Source: Octopus vulgaris (lineage: Eukaryota). From it: 64,000 bases of DNA. The stretch is from NCBI GenBank assembly GCA_951406725.2, contig OX597831.1, positions 71,610,001-71,674,000 on the forward strand, given 5' to 3'. The notes beneath the pieces are model-generated. The model searched no databases. It saw nothing but the letters and a program-made list of their open reading frames with translations, and was not told the DNA's origin. Below, piece by piece: positions 1 to 11,226 of this stretch; position 1 is the stretch's first letter; every line of letters starts with the position of its first letter. A program made the translations under genes and the position numbers.

Positions 1-1290
1 ACAAATAGATTATTCACTCCTCTTATCTATTTGGAATTTGGTATAATTATTTCTCGGAGCTTGACCATGGGCGCTGCATATCAGTGCTCCTGTGCATCGT
101 TTCCGATTAATTTTTCGTTGTCATCTCCAGGTGTTGGTCTTGTCTTTGCCTTCGATTTCTCTGAGGTATTGCCCATGCAGCGTTTTCTTTTTCTAATTGT
201 TTATTCTTTGCTCTTCATCTTGTTTCTTAAATGTTTTTGGGCGTGTCACATTTTCAGTAGGTATTGTGTTGTTATTTCAGCGGAAAGCAAGGATTTACAC
301 TGTTATTTGATGTACCATCTCAGGCTGTTCTTCTCGTTGACAACACAGATTTTATATCCTATGAGGTCTCTTCCTCCCTTGTTCCTAGGCATACAATCTA
401 TCAATATCGCTTTTTGGGTGCAGTTCCTTGTTAATTGTCATCACTTTCTTGGTTTTTCTATCAATTTCCTGAAGCTCGTTCTTTGTCCATCAAACAGCAC
501 CTGCGCTGCATCGCATTAAGGAAACAGCCCATGTGTTCATTGTTCTGATCTTGTTTTTTTTTTCATTTAGTCCCCTTCATATAATTTAGTTCATCTGAGA
601 TATTCTCGCCTAAACCTTTCCTTCATCTCACTCTCCTTGATTTGTTCATACTTCAAAACACCCAGATACTTATATCCATCAGTCTCAACATCCTTGATTT
701 CTCTGTTGGGTAGTTCTACACCATCAGAAGATACTTTTTTTACCGTTTTGTATTATAAGCACACCACAAACTTTATTCCCAAATTTCGTCCCGATATCCT
801 TACTTGAATATCTGCACTGTTGAAACCAGACCATTTATTTCACGTTTGGTCTTCCCGAAGACCTTTAAATCATCCATATATAACAGATGATATAATTTTT
901 CTTCACTTTTCAAGGTGTATCCTGATGTCACTTCCCATATTATCTGTGTGAGGAGCATCATACAAACCACAAACAGTAATGGGGATAGGCTATCTCCCTG
1001 AAATATGTCTCTCTTGATGTTAACCTTCGCCAAAAATTGTCCACATGATGTTAACTCTGTATTCCAGTTCTTCATTGATCTCCGGATAAAATTTGAGATG
1101 CTATCTGACACTTGTACCAACACAGGACTTCCTAAAATCCAGGAATGGGGAACCATATCATATGCTTTCTTATAATCAATCCATGCCATACCCAGGTTAG
1201 TATCTCTTTCCTTGCAGTCGTTCAGTACCATTCTGTCTATCAGAAGTTGATCTTTTGTCCCTCGACTTTTCCTCTTGCATTCTTTCATTA
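1..1290 (-). mobile_element. Decayed R4/Dong-clade non-LTR retrotransposon, RT region
   Basis: ORF 800-1360(-) carries the RT motifs [28 protein letters not shown] and LLYMDDLK. Downstream sequence is frameshifted RT thumb (YKYLGV). Confidence 0.85.
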
Positions 1291-1299
1291 TAATTATTT

Positions 1300-1498
1300 T
1301 AGGCATAAGGCTTAGAATACGGGGGAAGTGCGAGTCGATTACATCGGCTGCAGTGTCCAAGTGGGACTTATTAAATCGATTCCGAAAGGATGAAAAGCAA
1401 ATTCGATCTCGGTCGATTTGAACTCAGAACGTAAAGACAGACGAAATGTCGCTAAGCATTTTGCCCAATGTACTAACTATTCTGCTAGCTCACCGGCT
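1300..1498 (-). mobile_element. Degenerate tRNA-derived SINE (family 1)
   Basis: Matches the family-1 body (gactttgcctttcatcctttcggggtcgataaa on the minus strand) seen intact at 4369-4598 and 25397-25628. Confidence 0.75.
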
Positions 1499-1500
1499 TA

Positions 1501-1556
<56 letters not shown>

Positions 1557-1657
1557 TTAATAATAATAATAATAATTAATAATAATAATAATAATTAATA
1601 ATAATAATGATAATTAATAATTAATAATAATAATAATGATAATTAATAAAAATAATG

Positions 1658-1699
<42 letters not shown>

Positions 1700-1708
1700 T
1701 AATAATAA
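1499..1708. repeat. (AAT)n microsatellite
   Basis: Directly visible. Confidence 0.95.
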
Positions 1709-2265
1709 ATTCCCTGATGCAGTACCAGACAGTGGCTTTCATGGCTTCTGATCTTAACTGATTGGAAGTATTGTCATGTACATTTTTTGTCTTGGTATAA
1801 AAGATGGGCTACAGCAAATATTCTGCTCAATACCACAGATTTGCTTGTCAGTTGTTTGACCATAACCAGTTGAGTATGTCCCTTAGTGGCTGGCACTATG
1901 TGCATCTCTGATCATGAGCAGATGTAGTAGGGGAACATCATAGCCATGTGTTGAGAGGGATTCTTTGGGGTTTAAATATTTCACCTTTGTAAACATGGGT
2001 GTTTCGTTCAACATCCTTAAACAACCCTTATTCAGGGACCTTTTGAGTGGGATGGGTTTCTCGACCAGAAGAAAATTCTAACTGGGCCCCACCCCCAAGG
2101 TCATGTCCTGCTTATCTTGATATGAGATCACCATGTCGCACACATATGGTTGTGATGCATGTGCCTGTGTACCCTTATCAGACGGGTAGTCCTGATGGGT
2201 ATACTGGGCTTCATATATTTTGACCCAGTGTCACTTTGATGACATGCACTGCTCTCTCACTCAAT
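1709..2265 (+). mobile_element. Unclassified ~555-bp non-coding insert bounded by TAA arrays
   Basis: Complex sequence flanked on both sides by (AAT)n and running into the array at ...ctctctcactcaat. No ORF and no tRNA head. Confidence 0.45.
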
Positions 2266-2272
2266 GATGATG

Positions 2273-2328
<56 letters not shown>

Positions 2329-2329
<1 letters not shown>

Positions 2330-3290
2330 GAGAAAGGAGACTGATAAGTGTGGAAGACTGCGTGCGTATCGAACTCGAGAGCTTAATAAGTTACCTAACC
2401 CAAAGTAAGGAAACTTTGCTAGTGACAGTTAGGAACGAGGGAGTATTGAGAGCAGAGAAAAAAAGGGAAACAAAGTAAAACGTATAAAAGTGACATGAAA
2501 ACGAATTACGCAAGGAAGGAGTACACCATCAATTCCATGTAGCCACAACAGAAGTTGCTGGAAAAAATAGGTGGAATCGACTGATGAAAGGAACACTAAA
2601 AGAAAAGAGACTGAGAGTACTATAGTGGCAGCGCAAGACCAAGCCTTGGCCATGAACTGAAGGGTGAACCTTAGGAATGAGCAAGTGTCTCCGCCGTGCT
2701 GCATCTGCAATAGAGTTGATGAAGTCATTGCCCTTATCACAAACGAATGCCCCGGAGTTGCACAAAACCGCTACAAGTTGTGGCGACACGACCAGGTAGT
2801 GAAAGTGCTACATTGAAAACTGTGCGAAAAGTGGGGGTTAGAGAGAGGCAAGACGTGATATGAGCACAAACAGCAGAGAGTGGCGGAGTCGGAGACTGCC
2901 AAAATCCTCTGGTGGTGAATAAGGTGCATCACATATGCTATATAGTTGATGCTGCATGCTCCTTTGACCCACGAATAGTCAAGAAGGAAGGCGAAAAGAT
3001 AGATATAGCCTGGCTATAGAAAATGAGAAAAGTGAAAATAGTCCCAATTATTACTGGGTCCTTGGGAACAGTTTCAGAAGCCATCAAGAGGAAGATAAAG
3101 GAAATTGGAATAGAGTTCCCAGTAGAACTGTTACAAAAGGTTTGCCTCTTTGGCACGGCCAGAATAATCAGGGAAGTATTAGATAGCTGAAGAGAACGAA
3201 TAGCATGGTACCGTAGGCTGCAGGTAGTAAACCCGCTACGCATGCAAGACTCCAGGAGCTCCAACAAGACCTGTGATAAAGATAAGTAAT
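2329..3290 (+). mobile_element. 5'-truncated R4/Dong LINE: zinc knuckle, RLE endonuclease remnant and 3' UTR
   Basis: Frameshifted LISVEDCV, AAQDQAL, CRIC..ECP..RHD and LLQKVCLFGTARIIR. Starts and ends in AAT repeats. The 3' UTR matches 32970-33060(-). Confidence 0.85.
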
Positions 3291-3343
3291 AATAATAATA
3301 ATGATGATGATGGTGATGATGATGATGATGAGGATGAGGATAA

Positions 3344-3390
<47 letters not shown>

Positions 3391-3447
3391 AGAAGAAGAA
3401 GAAGAAGAAGAAGAAGAAGAAGAAGAAGAAGAAGAAGAAGAAGAAGA
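3286..3447. repeat. Compound (AAT)(GAT)(GAA) microsatellite
   Basis: Directly visible; it explains the poly-K/R/S/L ORFs. Confidence 0.95.
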
Positions 3448-3692
3448 ATAGCGCTCATGAGAACTGCCCATATCCTACGCAAAATACTTTCTATGTAATC
3501 TCAAACTTTAAAACAAACACATAATTGTCTTATGGTCTCTTAAACATTCTCTAGAACAACACTATGTATAAAACCAAATATATGGCACCCTAGGCATAAC
3601 ACCAACATGAACTGCCAGCTTGTTGTCTCTTGAGGTCTCTGGGTGAGACTTGGAGCCAACTTGTACAAATGTAAAGCAAAAGTCAAACATAA

Positions 3693-3750
<58 letters not shown>
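3448..3750 (+). mobile_element. Extreme 3' end of a second Dong-type LINE with TAA tail
   Basis: IALMRTAHILRKILSM* C-terminus, then a 3' UTR similar to 24770-24830(-), then (AAT)n at 3694-3750. Confidence 0.75.
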
Positions 3751-4158
3751 TCCGAATACCTTGGTGTACTAGAGTTCAACGAGATAACGGAGAAGGAAAT
3801 GAAAGAGCAACTGAGAATGGAATATTTCCGAAGTCTAAAAGTGACCGGATGGAATAAAATCCAAGCAGTTAATACATGGGTGATAGCATCACTTCGGTTT
3901 GGAACTGGAATTATAAAATGGCAAAACGAAGAAGTGATGAACATAGATACGAAGACAAGAAAACTGTTGACAGTGTACGGAGCCTTCCACCCTAGTACCT
4001 GTCCAAAAGAAAGGGTCGAAGTGGTTTCATCAGTTGCCAGGATTGTATCAAATAAGAGGAAAACAGATTAGAGTGGTATAGAAAAAATACTGTGGAACCA
4101 TTGTTGAAATATGTGATGAATCTTGGCGTCATTAAAACTGATGATTGTGTTGAGAAAG
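3751..4158 (+). mobile_element. Dong-type LINE RT-thumb fragment, interrupted by the LTR element and resuming at 7271
   Basis: EYLGVLE, NKIQAVNTWVIASLRFGTGIIKW. The frame IKTDDCVEK|EKLKEEK is restored when 4159-7270 is removed. Confidence 0.8.
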
Positions 4159-4243
4159 TGTTGTGGCGGATACCCCCAAGTGAGAAGCGGGCTGTTCCTG
4201 TACTGATAGTAGACAGACACAGCAAGGATTGTCAGTCCGCGAG

Positions 4244-6216
4244 ATAATGTTGTTGGTTTTAAATCATTTTTGATTCCGTTTGACTAAGTCGTGTTATACT
4301 TGATTGTATCTTTGTTGAAGGTTCTCCCCGCGCGGGTGAGCCATGTTTTGTTGAATTTGTTTAATACCTATTTCTTTACTACCCACAAGGGGCTAAACAC
4401 AGAAAGGACAAACAAGGACAGACAAACGGATTAAGTCGATTATATCGGCCCCAGTGCGTAACTGGTACTTAATTTATCGACCCCGAAAGGATGAAAGGTA
4501 AAGTCTACCTCGGCGGAATTTGAACTCAGAACGTAACGGCAGACGAAATACGGCTAAGCTTTCACCCGGCGTGCTAACGTTTCTGCCAGCTCGCCGCCTT
4601 GTTTAATACCATTGCTTTATTGCCTGCGGGCCAGTTAAATTTTGTGTTTGTCTTCTTCCCCATTTTGGGGCGAAGTAACTGAAAGAAGAACGGAATGGAG
4701 TGCGAACCAGTTCCAGCATATGCCGGGAGTTATGCTTCAGCAGCTGGGAAAGGTGCAGATTCGCTAGAAGTGCGAGAAATAAAAATTGAACAGAAGACGC
4801 TGAAGGAACACTAAAAGCTGATTTAGAAGGAGGGATCCAGTAAAAAACTGACTCCTTCACAAGAGGTGACAACAAGTACCAAGAAAAGAACAGTAGTGTA
4901 CAGAACTCTATCGACAACCACAAAGAAAATAGAGATAGCTACGGAAGAAGCAATTGAAGAATGTCTGAAGGAAATTCAGCACCTGACAACATTCTATACA
5001 AGAGGTAGAAAATACGGCACAGTAGAGATTTGCCAACGAACAGGAGGCAATAAATCACTCCACTGTGACGCTGAAGACGGAAAAAATGGGTACTCTTACC
5101 TACCTACTGTGGCAAAATGGTCACCAGAGTGAGAATAGGTAGAGTACCACCAGAAAGAAAAGAAGCGTGGGTGGTGGCAGCTGTAATGCACAAAGCTGAG
5201 GAAGACACCAACATTTTAAAGATGACAAGGACAAAGAGAGAAAATTGTTGGGGATACGGACTAGAAACGGTCATCCAGGTCGGACAACAAGATCTAAATG
5301 AAATTGCTGAAGAAATACTGCCGGAGGACATAAGGTTGAGATTGGTGGTAGAAGGAAGGCCACCAACTTGATATCAATGCGGCAAAAGAGAACATATTAG
5401 AATAAAGTGTCCCCAGAGAGAAAATAAAAACGAAGAAAGCCAACAGGAGTAGAATGCCGAAGTGGCAGATCTAGAAAATGAAAAATGCATGAAAGTGGAA
5501 GAAGCATTTACGGAGGTAACCAACAGAAAAAGAAAAGAGCCAGTGAATTCACCTCCAAAGAGTCCAAGGAAAGAAAAAGAAGGAAGGTGAAATAGAATGT
5601 GCACATTTTTCACATGAACCTCCAATAGCACCAACAACGAAGGAAAAAGAAAAGGAAACCATCACAGACAACCAAATTCCACCGCAGGAACGAACCTGGA
5701 AAAAATGGCATTTGGTAACATATACAAAAAACACAGACATAGAAAGGAAAATCCCCAAATTTAAATCGATGATAAGAGTTAAATTACCAATGGAACATTA
5801 CCCAGAAAGTACAAAAGCCATAGTAATAGACAAAGAGAGATACGAAAGGAATGGTGTTGGAAGCAAGGTGGACCCAATGGGAATGAGGGGAGACTTTGAC
5901 GACCTATCGCCAGTTATAGATTACGACTTGTTGCCATATATAAAACGGTAAAGCGTGAATAAGCTTTTAAAATGTTTTAAAGACTACACATACGATACTA
6001 AAAAGAAAAAAGAAGGGAAAATGATATAAAAACTTTGTATTAAAACAGTTAAATGGTACTGCTTGAGAGTGGAGTTCAAGCAACCATTACATCTTCATTT
6101 AATTATTATCCATCTCCCATTCATTCGTTTTATGTTTTTTGTCCCCACTGTGGTGCTCTGTCAGTCCTTGTGCCGTCCCCCTCTGTATCATGGTCTATGT
6201 GCCGAATAAAGAAATA
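4244..6216 (+). mobile_element. ORF1-only L1/Tx1-like non-autonomous retroelement
   Basis: 11-bp TSD cagtc(c/g)gcgag at 4233-4243 and 6217-6227. Decayed gag-like ORF1 with RLVVEGRPPT*YQCGKREHIRIKC zinc knuckle. Ends aataaagaaata. No RT or EN seen. Confidence 0.7.
4369..4598 (-). mobile_element. tRNA-derived SINE family 1, full length
   Basis: 12-bp TSD ttgtttaatacc at 4357-4368 and 4599-4610. Head ggcggcgagctggcagaa with B-box gagttcaaattcc. Tail ...gtgggtagtaaagaaata. Confidence 0.9.
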
Positions 6217-6672
6217 CAGTCGGCGAGGTACGCTGTACGGGCCAGTCACGCAGATGACGAAGTGACGTCGTCATGCGGGACATATCAGTGGTGAAGAGTA
6301 GTCGAACTACACGCAGTGGCAGATAAGACTAACACAGAACTGAACTACACACAGTGAAAAATAATATTTATACAGTGATAAATATATAAATTCTATTGAA
6401 AAAGATTCTGAAGAAAAAATTTCTGATAAAACTGGAACTCTAACACAGAACTGAACTACACAGTGAAAAATAATAATAAAAAATTCGTTCAGAGGATTTA
6501 AGTCAGGTCACTATGTGTTAGTAGCGCTGCCGGTAAACAATGTAGACTGCTACTACCTGCGGCGTTCTGAAGAGAAAAATCATTCTGAGTGGAAGAAAAA
6601 ATAAAAATAATATAATGCCGTTTGTAGGATTTCTGTCAAGTTACTATGTGTTAGTAGTGCTACCGCTAAACA

Positions 6673-7034
6673 GTGGAGGGCAGCGGACTCGCGGTCATAG
6701 GATCGCGGTTTCGATTCCCAGACCGGGCGTTGTGAGTGTTTATTGAGTGAAAACACCTAAAGCTCCACGAGGCTCCGGCAGGGGATGGTGGTGATCCCTG
6801 CTGTACTCTTTCACCACAACTTTCTCTCACTCTTGCTTCCTGTTTCTGTTGTACCTGTATTTCAAAGGGCCGGCCTTGTCACTCTCTGTGTCACGCTGAA
6901 TATCCCCGAGAACTACGTTAAGGGTACACGTGTCTGTGGAGTGCTCATCCACTTACACGTTAATTTCACGAGCAGGCTGTTCCGTTGATTCGGATCAACC
7001 GGAACCCTCGTCGTCGTAACCGACGGAGTGCTTC
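6673..7034 (+). mobile_element. tRNA-derived SINE family 2 (resembles octopus OR-type SINEs)
   Basis: TSD taccg(c/g)taaaca at 6661-6672 and 7035-7046. Near-identical to the full copy at 58164-58544(-). Confidence 0.9.
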
Positions 7035-7719
7035 TACCGGTAAACAATGTAGACTGGTACTACCTGCGGCATTCTGAAGAGAAAAATAATTCTGAGTGGA
7101 AGAAAAATCTCAAAGGTGGGAGGTGTTGTGGCGGACACCCCTAAGTGAGAAGTGGACTGTTCCACTACTGAACAGACATAGCAAACAGTGTCAGTCGGTG
7201 AGGTACGCCGTACGTGCCAGTCACGCAGATGACAAATTTACGTCGTCATGATGCGGGGCATATCAGAAAGAAAAACTTAAGGAAGAAAAGAACAACGCCA
7301 AAGCAGATACAGACCCCTTGCTTTTGGATTTCTAGTAGGATGGCCACGCATTATATCACCTTTGTATCTTGTATTTGTAGCGCCCCGTGTTTTATATATC
7401 ATACTACAACGAGGAGAGGCTGTAGTTGCAGCTGGGCTGGGGTTAGTGCAAAGGCTAGGTGTAGGGTTAGAGGTCCAAAAAATCCTCCAAGTCCTTTTTC
7501 AGATGATAAACCAGCACGTGAGCTTGGTGTAAAAATTGTACTGAATGAGGTTAGGTTCTGTTGAAGTGGTACAGCGGACACCTGGTTTTGTTGACATGTA
7601 TCAGGAGACTGGTCCCACAATATTGGTTGGATTTTACTTTTGCACGAACTTTGAGGATCGGTTCTATTGCCACCAGCATCTTCAGATATTATTTATATTA
7701 TTATTTGATTGAACGCCAC

Positions 7720-8372
7720 GCATCCATTTCCAAGTAAGTTTATCTTAATCGTTTTGATGCGACTCTACCCTATACTGTTTTCTCCCCCATCCTTTTCTCT
7801 CTCATTCTCTCTCATTCTCTCTCTAATTTCTTTTTTCTCCCCTTCACCGTTGTCTATCTGTCTCTCTCTCCCCTCTTCTCCTTTACGCTCTCTTTCTCTC
7901 GCTGCTCACACGTGACCATCGTCCATCCTTCTTTTCCTGGCGTGATCATCTTTCTTTTCTTTCAGGGCTGTCCTAAAGATTGGACGTATCCTGTCTCTCT
8001 CTTCTATCCTTTCTCTTGTCAAAGAAAATATTTATCCAGCGTTCGCTATTTTACCCTCGTTCTGGTCTAACGACCTTCCATGTTTGTTTTCGTTCGGTTT
8101 CCTTGTATGTCTCCACTGTCCTGTTTTTGTTCCCAACTTTGCCTCTCAATAAATCACAAATTTTATTTCGGTACTTATGGGAGAAACTATCTTCGAAGAC
8201 TCACGTTGTCGTACAGTGCTCGAAATGAGAAGACAGACAGCCGACAACTGATGAAGGGTCGTTCTTTATGTTACTTGTCCTGTTTTCCATTTGTTTCTCT
8301 CGTTGTTTGCGTATTGAACTCATTTGTTTTCGTATTTCATGTTGTTTGCGGTTGGTGATGTGCTGTACCCAT
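7720..8372 (+). mobile_element. PLE pseudo-LTR/retrozyme-like non-coding element, copy A
   Basis: CT-rich tract, CACGTGAC, caaattttattt hairpin, permuted HHR and terminal gtaccc abutting (TA)n. Homologous to 22110-22625. Confidence 0.6.
8200..8259 (+). ncRNA. Non-circularly permuted hammerhead-like motif (decayed cleavage site)
   Basis: ctca-CG-ttgtcg..gctc-GAAA-tgag..cgacaa-CTGATGA-a-gggt. Confidence 0.55.
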
Positions 8373-8375
8373 ATA

Positions 8376-8468
<93 letters not shown>

Positions 8469-8470
8469 GC

Positions 8471-8504
<34 letters not shown>

Positions 8505-8647
8505 GGAGAGAAAGTAGCACTTAGTATTTTGAACACTTTTTGAACTAAAATATCTATACACCACCATTCTCTATCTTTCCAGAAAGTACAAGAGATATCT
8601 CTGAAAACCAAAATCCTGTCTTCAAACATTCCGCTAATTTCAAGAAA

Positions 8648-9736
8648 ATGGACAAAAATTATACAGTCATCAAGTGTTCCAGTTTACAGGAAGTAAATGA
8701 TGAAACGGTTAAAGTCCATTTCCCTGCAATAGTGCTTCTCGTATTCGAAATGGTTCTTGGAGCAATTGGAAATTGCATAGCAGCATACATATACCATTAT
8801 AAATTTGAGGTTTCGTCCACACAGATTTTCATTGTTGCACTTTCAATGTATGATTTTCTAGCCAGCACAATATGTATACCTATGGAAATTGTATTGCTAC
8901 ATCGGTTATACACTTTTGAATATGATACTACATGCCGCTTGATACGTTCCTTTGTTGCTTTAACAATAATCAGTTCAGCCTTGATTGTAATCATAATTTC
9001 AATCGATAGATATATTCTTATATGTCGACCTCTCAATCAAAAAATTTCCATTAAGAATTCAAAGAGAATTATTGCAGTTTTAGCATCCTTATCTTTTCTG
9101 TTTTGTATACCAGTATCTTTTGTGTACCGTAAACACTATAGAGAGGTCAAACAGTGTGGAAGAATTGGCACAGTATGTTCACTTTCAGAAAAATCAATCT
9201 TTCCTTTAATCTATTATACCACCGTGATGGTTTTCTGTGCCTTGTCATTTATTATTCTCATGGTAATATACTTATTAATTGGAATACGTATTTGGAAAAT
9301 TTACAGAGCAAAGCAATTAAAAAATGCTATTTGTAATAGTGTTGCAAATGAGAACAGTGTAAAGTCAATTGAAGATACTCGTTGGCCTTCTGTGAAACAC
9401 TTGACTTCTGTGAAACTCTTTACTTCTGGTACTTCTGGTATGCGTATCAGAAAACATTCAATGCACCCGTTTAGAACCACTTTACTTTTGTTCGTCCTCA
9501 CTTTGATCTGGACAATGAGTTATGTACCACATTTCATAGGAACATTCCGGAGGATGTTCACTAAAAATTTTAACGACTCTACAACTCACAAACAACAATT
9601 AACCTACCATTTGTTAACGTATTCTTGTTACATTATCTGTGCTGCTAATCCGTATATTTATGGACTTTTCTGTCAACACTTTCGTTCTGAATTAATGTTT
9701 ATACTTCGCAAAATGTTCGTGTGTTGTAAAAAATAA
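8648..9736 (+). CDS. Intronless class A (rhodopsin-like) GPCR, CCK/gastrin/orexin-receptor-like peptide receptor
   Basis: 362-aa ORF with 7 hydrophobic segments, TM1 GN, TM2 LSMYD, TM3 C...IDRY, ECL2 Cys and TM7 NPYIY followed by helix-8 FR. Confidence 0.92.
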   Translation: MDKNYTVIKCSSLQEVNDETVKVHFPAIVLLVFEMVLGAIGNCIAAYIYHYKFEVSSTQIFIVALSMYDFLASTICIPMEIVLLHRLYTFEYDTTCRLIRSFVALTIISSALIVIIISIDRYILICRPLNQKISIKNSKRIIAVLASLSFLFCIPVSFVYRKHYREVKQCGRIGTVCSLSEKSIFPLIYYTTVMVFCALSFIILMVIYLLIGIRIWKIYRAKQLKNAICNSVANENSVKSIEDTRWPSVKHLTSVKLFTSGTSGMRIRKHSMHPFRTTLLLFVLTLIWTMSYVPHFIGTFRRMFTKNFNDSTTHKQQLTYHLLTYSCYIICAANPYIYGLFCQHFRSELMFILRKMFVCCKK

Positions 9737-9829
9737 AATAATGAGCCTCCTTAAAGCCAACACCTTATAGTCGTTTACAAATTATGTTACCTTAAAAGAA
9801 GCTACAAGGTCATTCTAGTATAAAATATT

Positions 9830-10020
9830 GGTTTAAAATTTTAGCATAACGCCAGTGATTTCGGTGGAGAGGATAAGTCAGTTACATTGACCTGAGTGCT
9901 CAAATGGTCCTTATTTAATCGACCCCGAAAGGATGAAAAGTAAAGTCGACCCCGGCAGCATTTGAACTCAGAACATAAAGTTGGAAGAGATTCCACTAAC
10001 GATTCTGCCGGCTCCCCTTC
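9830..10020 (-). mobile_element. Degenerate SINE family 1
   Basis: atcgaccccgaaaggatgaaaagtaaagtcgac...tttgaactcagaac. Confidence 0.75.
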
Positions 10021-10827
10021 TTACCCTAAGGTTTTGAACTAATGGAGTAGTCTTCATTTAAGTGACTGGCTTTCATGACTCATTCCAATTAAACTATTTC
10101 TAATAAAACGCTGAAAGTTTCATATTAAAACAAATAAAACTATTCAGATCTCGTTACTCTAACGATCCAATCAAGCTATTTGGGGAGTATTGTATATCTG
10201 CATTGTACATATTAAATCGAGCACTAGACTTTATTTCTTATGCCAACAGCTACAACAGCTTTGAAGCCGGTCTATGAGGGCTCATCAATCCGCTCAGTTG
10301 ATGTGCAATGAGCAGTAACCAAGTCTATTTCAAATCATATATTTTTAAAAAGAAAGCATACACTTGACTGTGAAGTCCGATAATTTATTCGTGGCTGTAC
10401 CACGAGGGAGCAACTCACCTCCACAGCATAAGCTATGTGACTGTAGGAACAGGAATAATTGTGCCTTCGGTAACACCTGTAAAATTAAGGACATAATTTA
10501 CCAATGTGCAGTCACAACACAGTAAAGCAAAATGAGTTACATTGTAGCAACCCAAAATGAAATAAAACGTAGACTAGCCACGCATCAACATTATTTTAGA
10601 GATAGAAACAGAATTAATTCGACAGGTTTAAGTAGGTTTATTTGACACCCATGATTTTTGAAGAATTTTTCAAATTGGTTGAAGGAAGTGAGAAACGATG
10701 TGGTTTTAATAGCAAACAGATTATCAAGTCATGCGTACGACAAAATGGCCGGTATTGCTGTTGAACAGGGCGATGGTTTAGAATTTGCCAGGCAGGACGC
10801 ATCATGGATAATGGTTATCAAGGCATA

Positions 10828-11226
10828 TCTATCTATATATATAAAACTGTAGTTGTGTGAGTGTCTGTCCCCTTTGATTTAGATTCCTAACTACTCCCAC
10901 ATTTTGCAGTGCAGTTTAACCAAAACCGGGTATCTTATAGTCGTGATTCATATTGAGCCCTTCTGGGTATTAGTGCGCGTCTACGATGAGTCTACGATTT
11001 TAAAAATAATTTACCATAATTTTTTCCATTTTAACGCATATTTTTTAAATAAAGGGAAGTAACTCCCTAAAAATGTCTACGATGAGTCAACGATTTTAAA
11101 AAAAATTTACCATCATATTTTTTCCATTTTTAATGCATTTTTTGCTATTTTTTGGCTATAACTCTCTAAAAATGCTGTATAGTTATTTCCCTTACAAACC
11201 CGAGCAACGCCGGGCGATACTGCTAG
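10828..11226 (+). mobile_element. Non-autonomous Helitron (~400 bp)
   Basis: 5' TC and 3' CTAG, inserted between A and T. Subterminal hairpin cccgagcaacgccggg. Related copy at 26276-26672(-). Confidence 0.85.

Larger units (their letters stand above)
4159..7265 (+). mobile_element. Non-autonomous TRIM-like LTR element with ~142-bp LTRs, carrying nested insertions
   Basis: LTR2 7124-7265 (TGTTGTGG...CATATCA). LTR1 is split into 4159-4243 and 6217-6287. 5-bp TSD GAAAG at 4154-4158 and 7266-7270. TGG start of a PBS-like site at 6289. Purine tract aaaggtgggagg just before LTR2. Confidence 0.85.

Noticed and set aside
2578-2600. CTGATGA resembling a hammerhead core
   Set aside because: It lies in Dong coding sequence (LMKGTL), with no matching GAAA or stems.
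8201-8629. Many YIYI/THTH/CVCV ORFs here and throughout the window
   Set aside because: They are dinucleotide repeat read-through with no coding signal.
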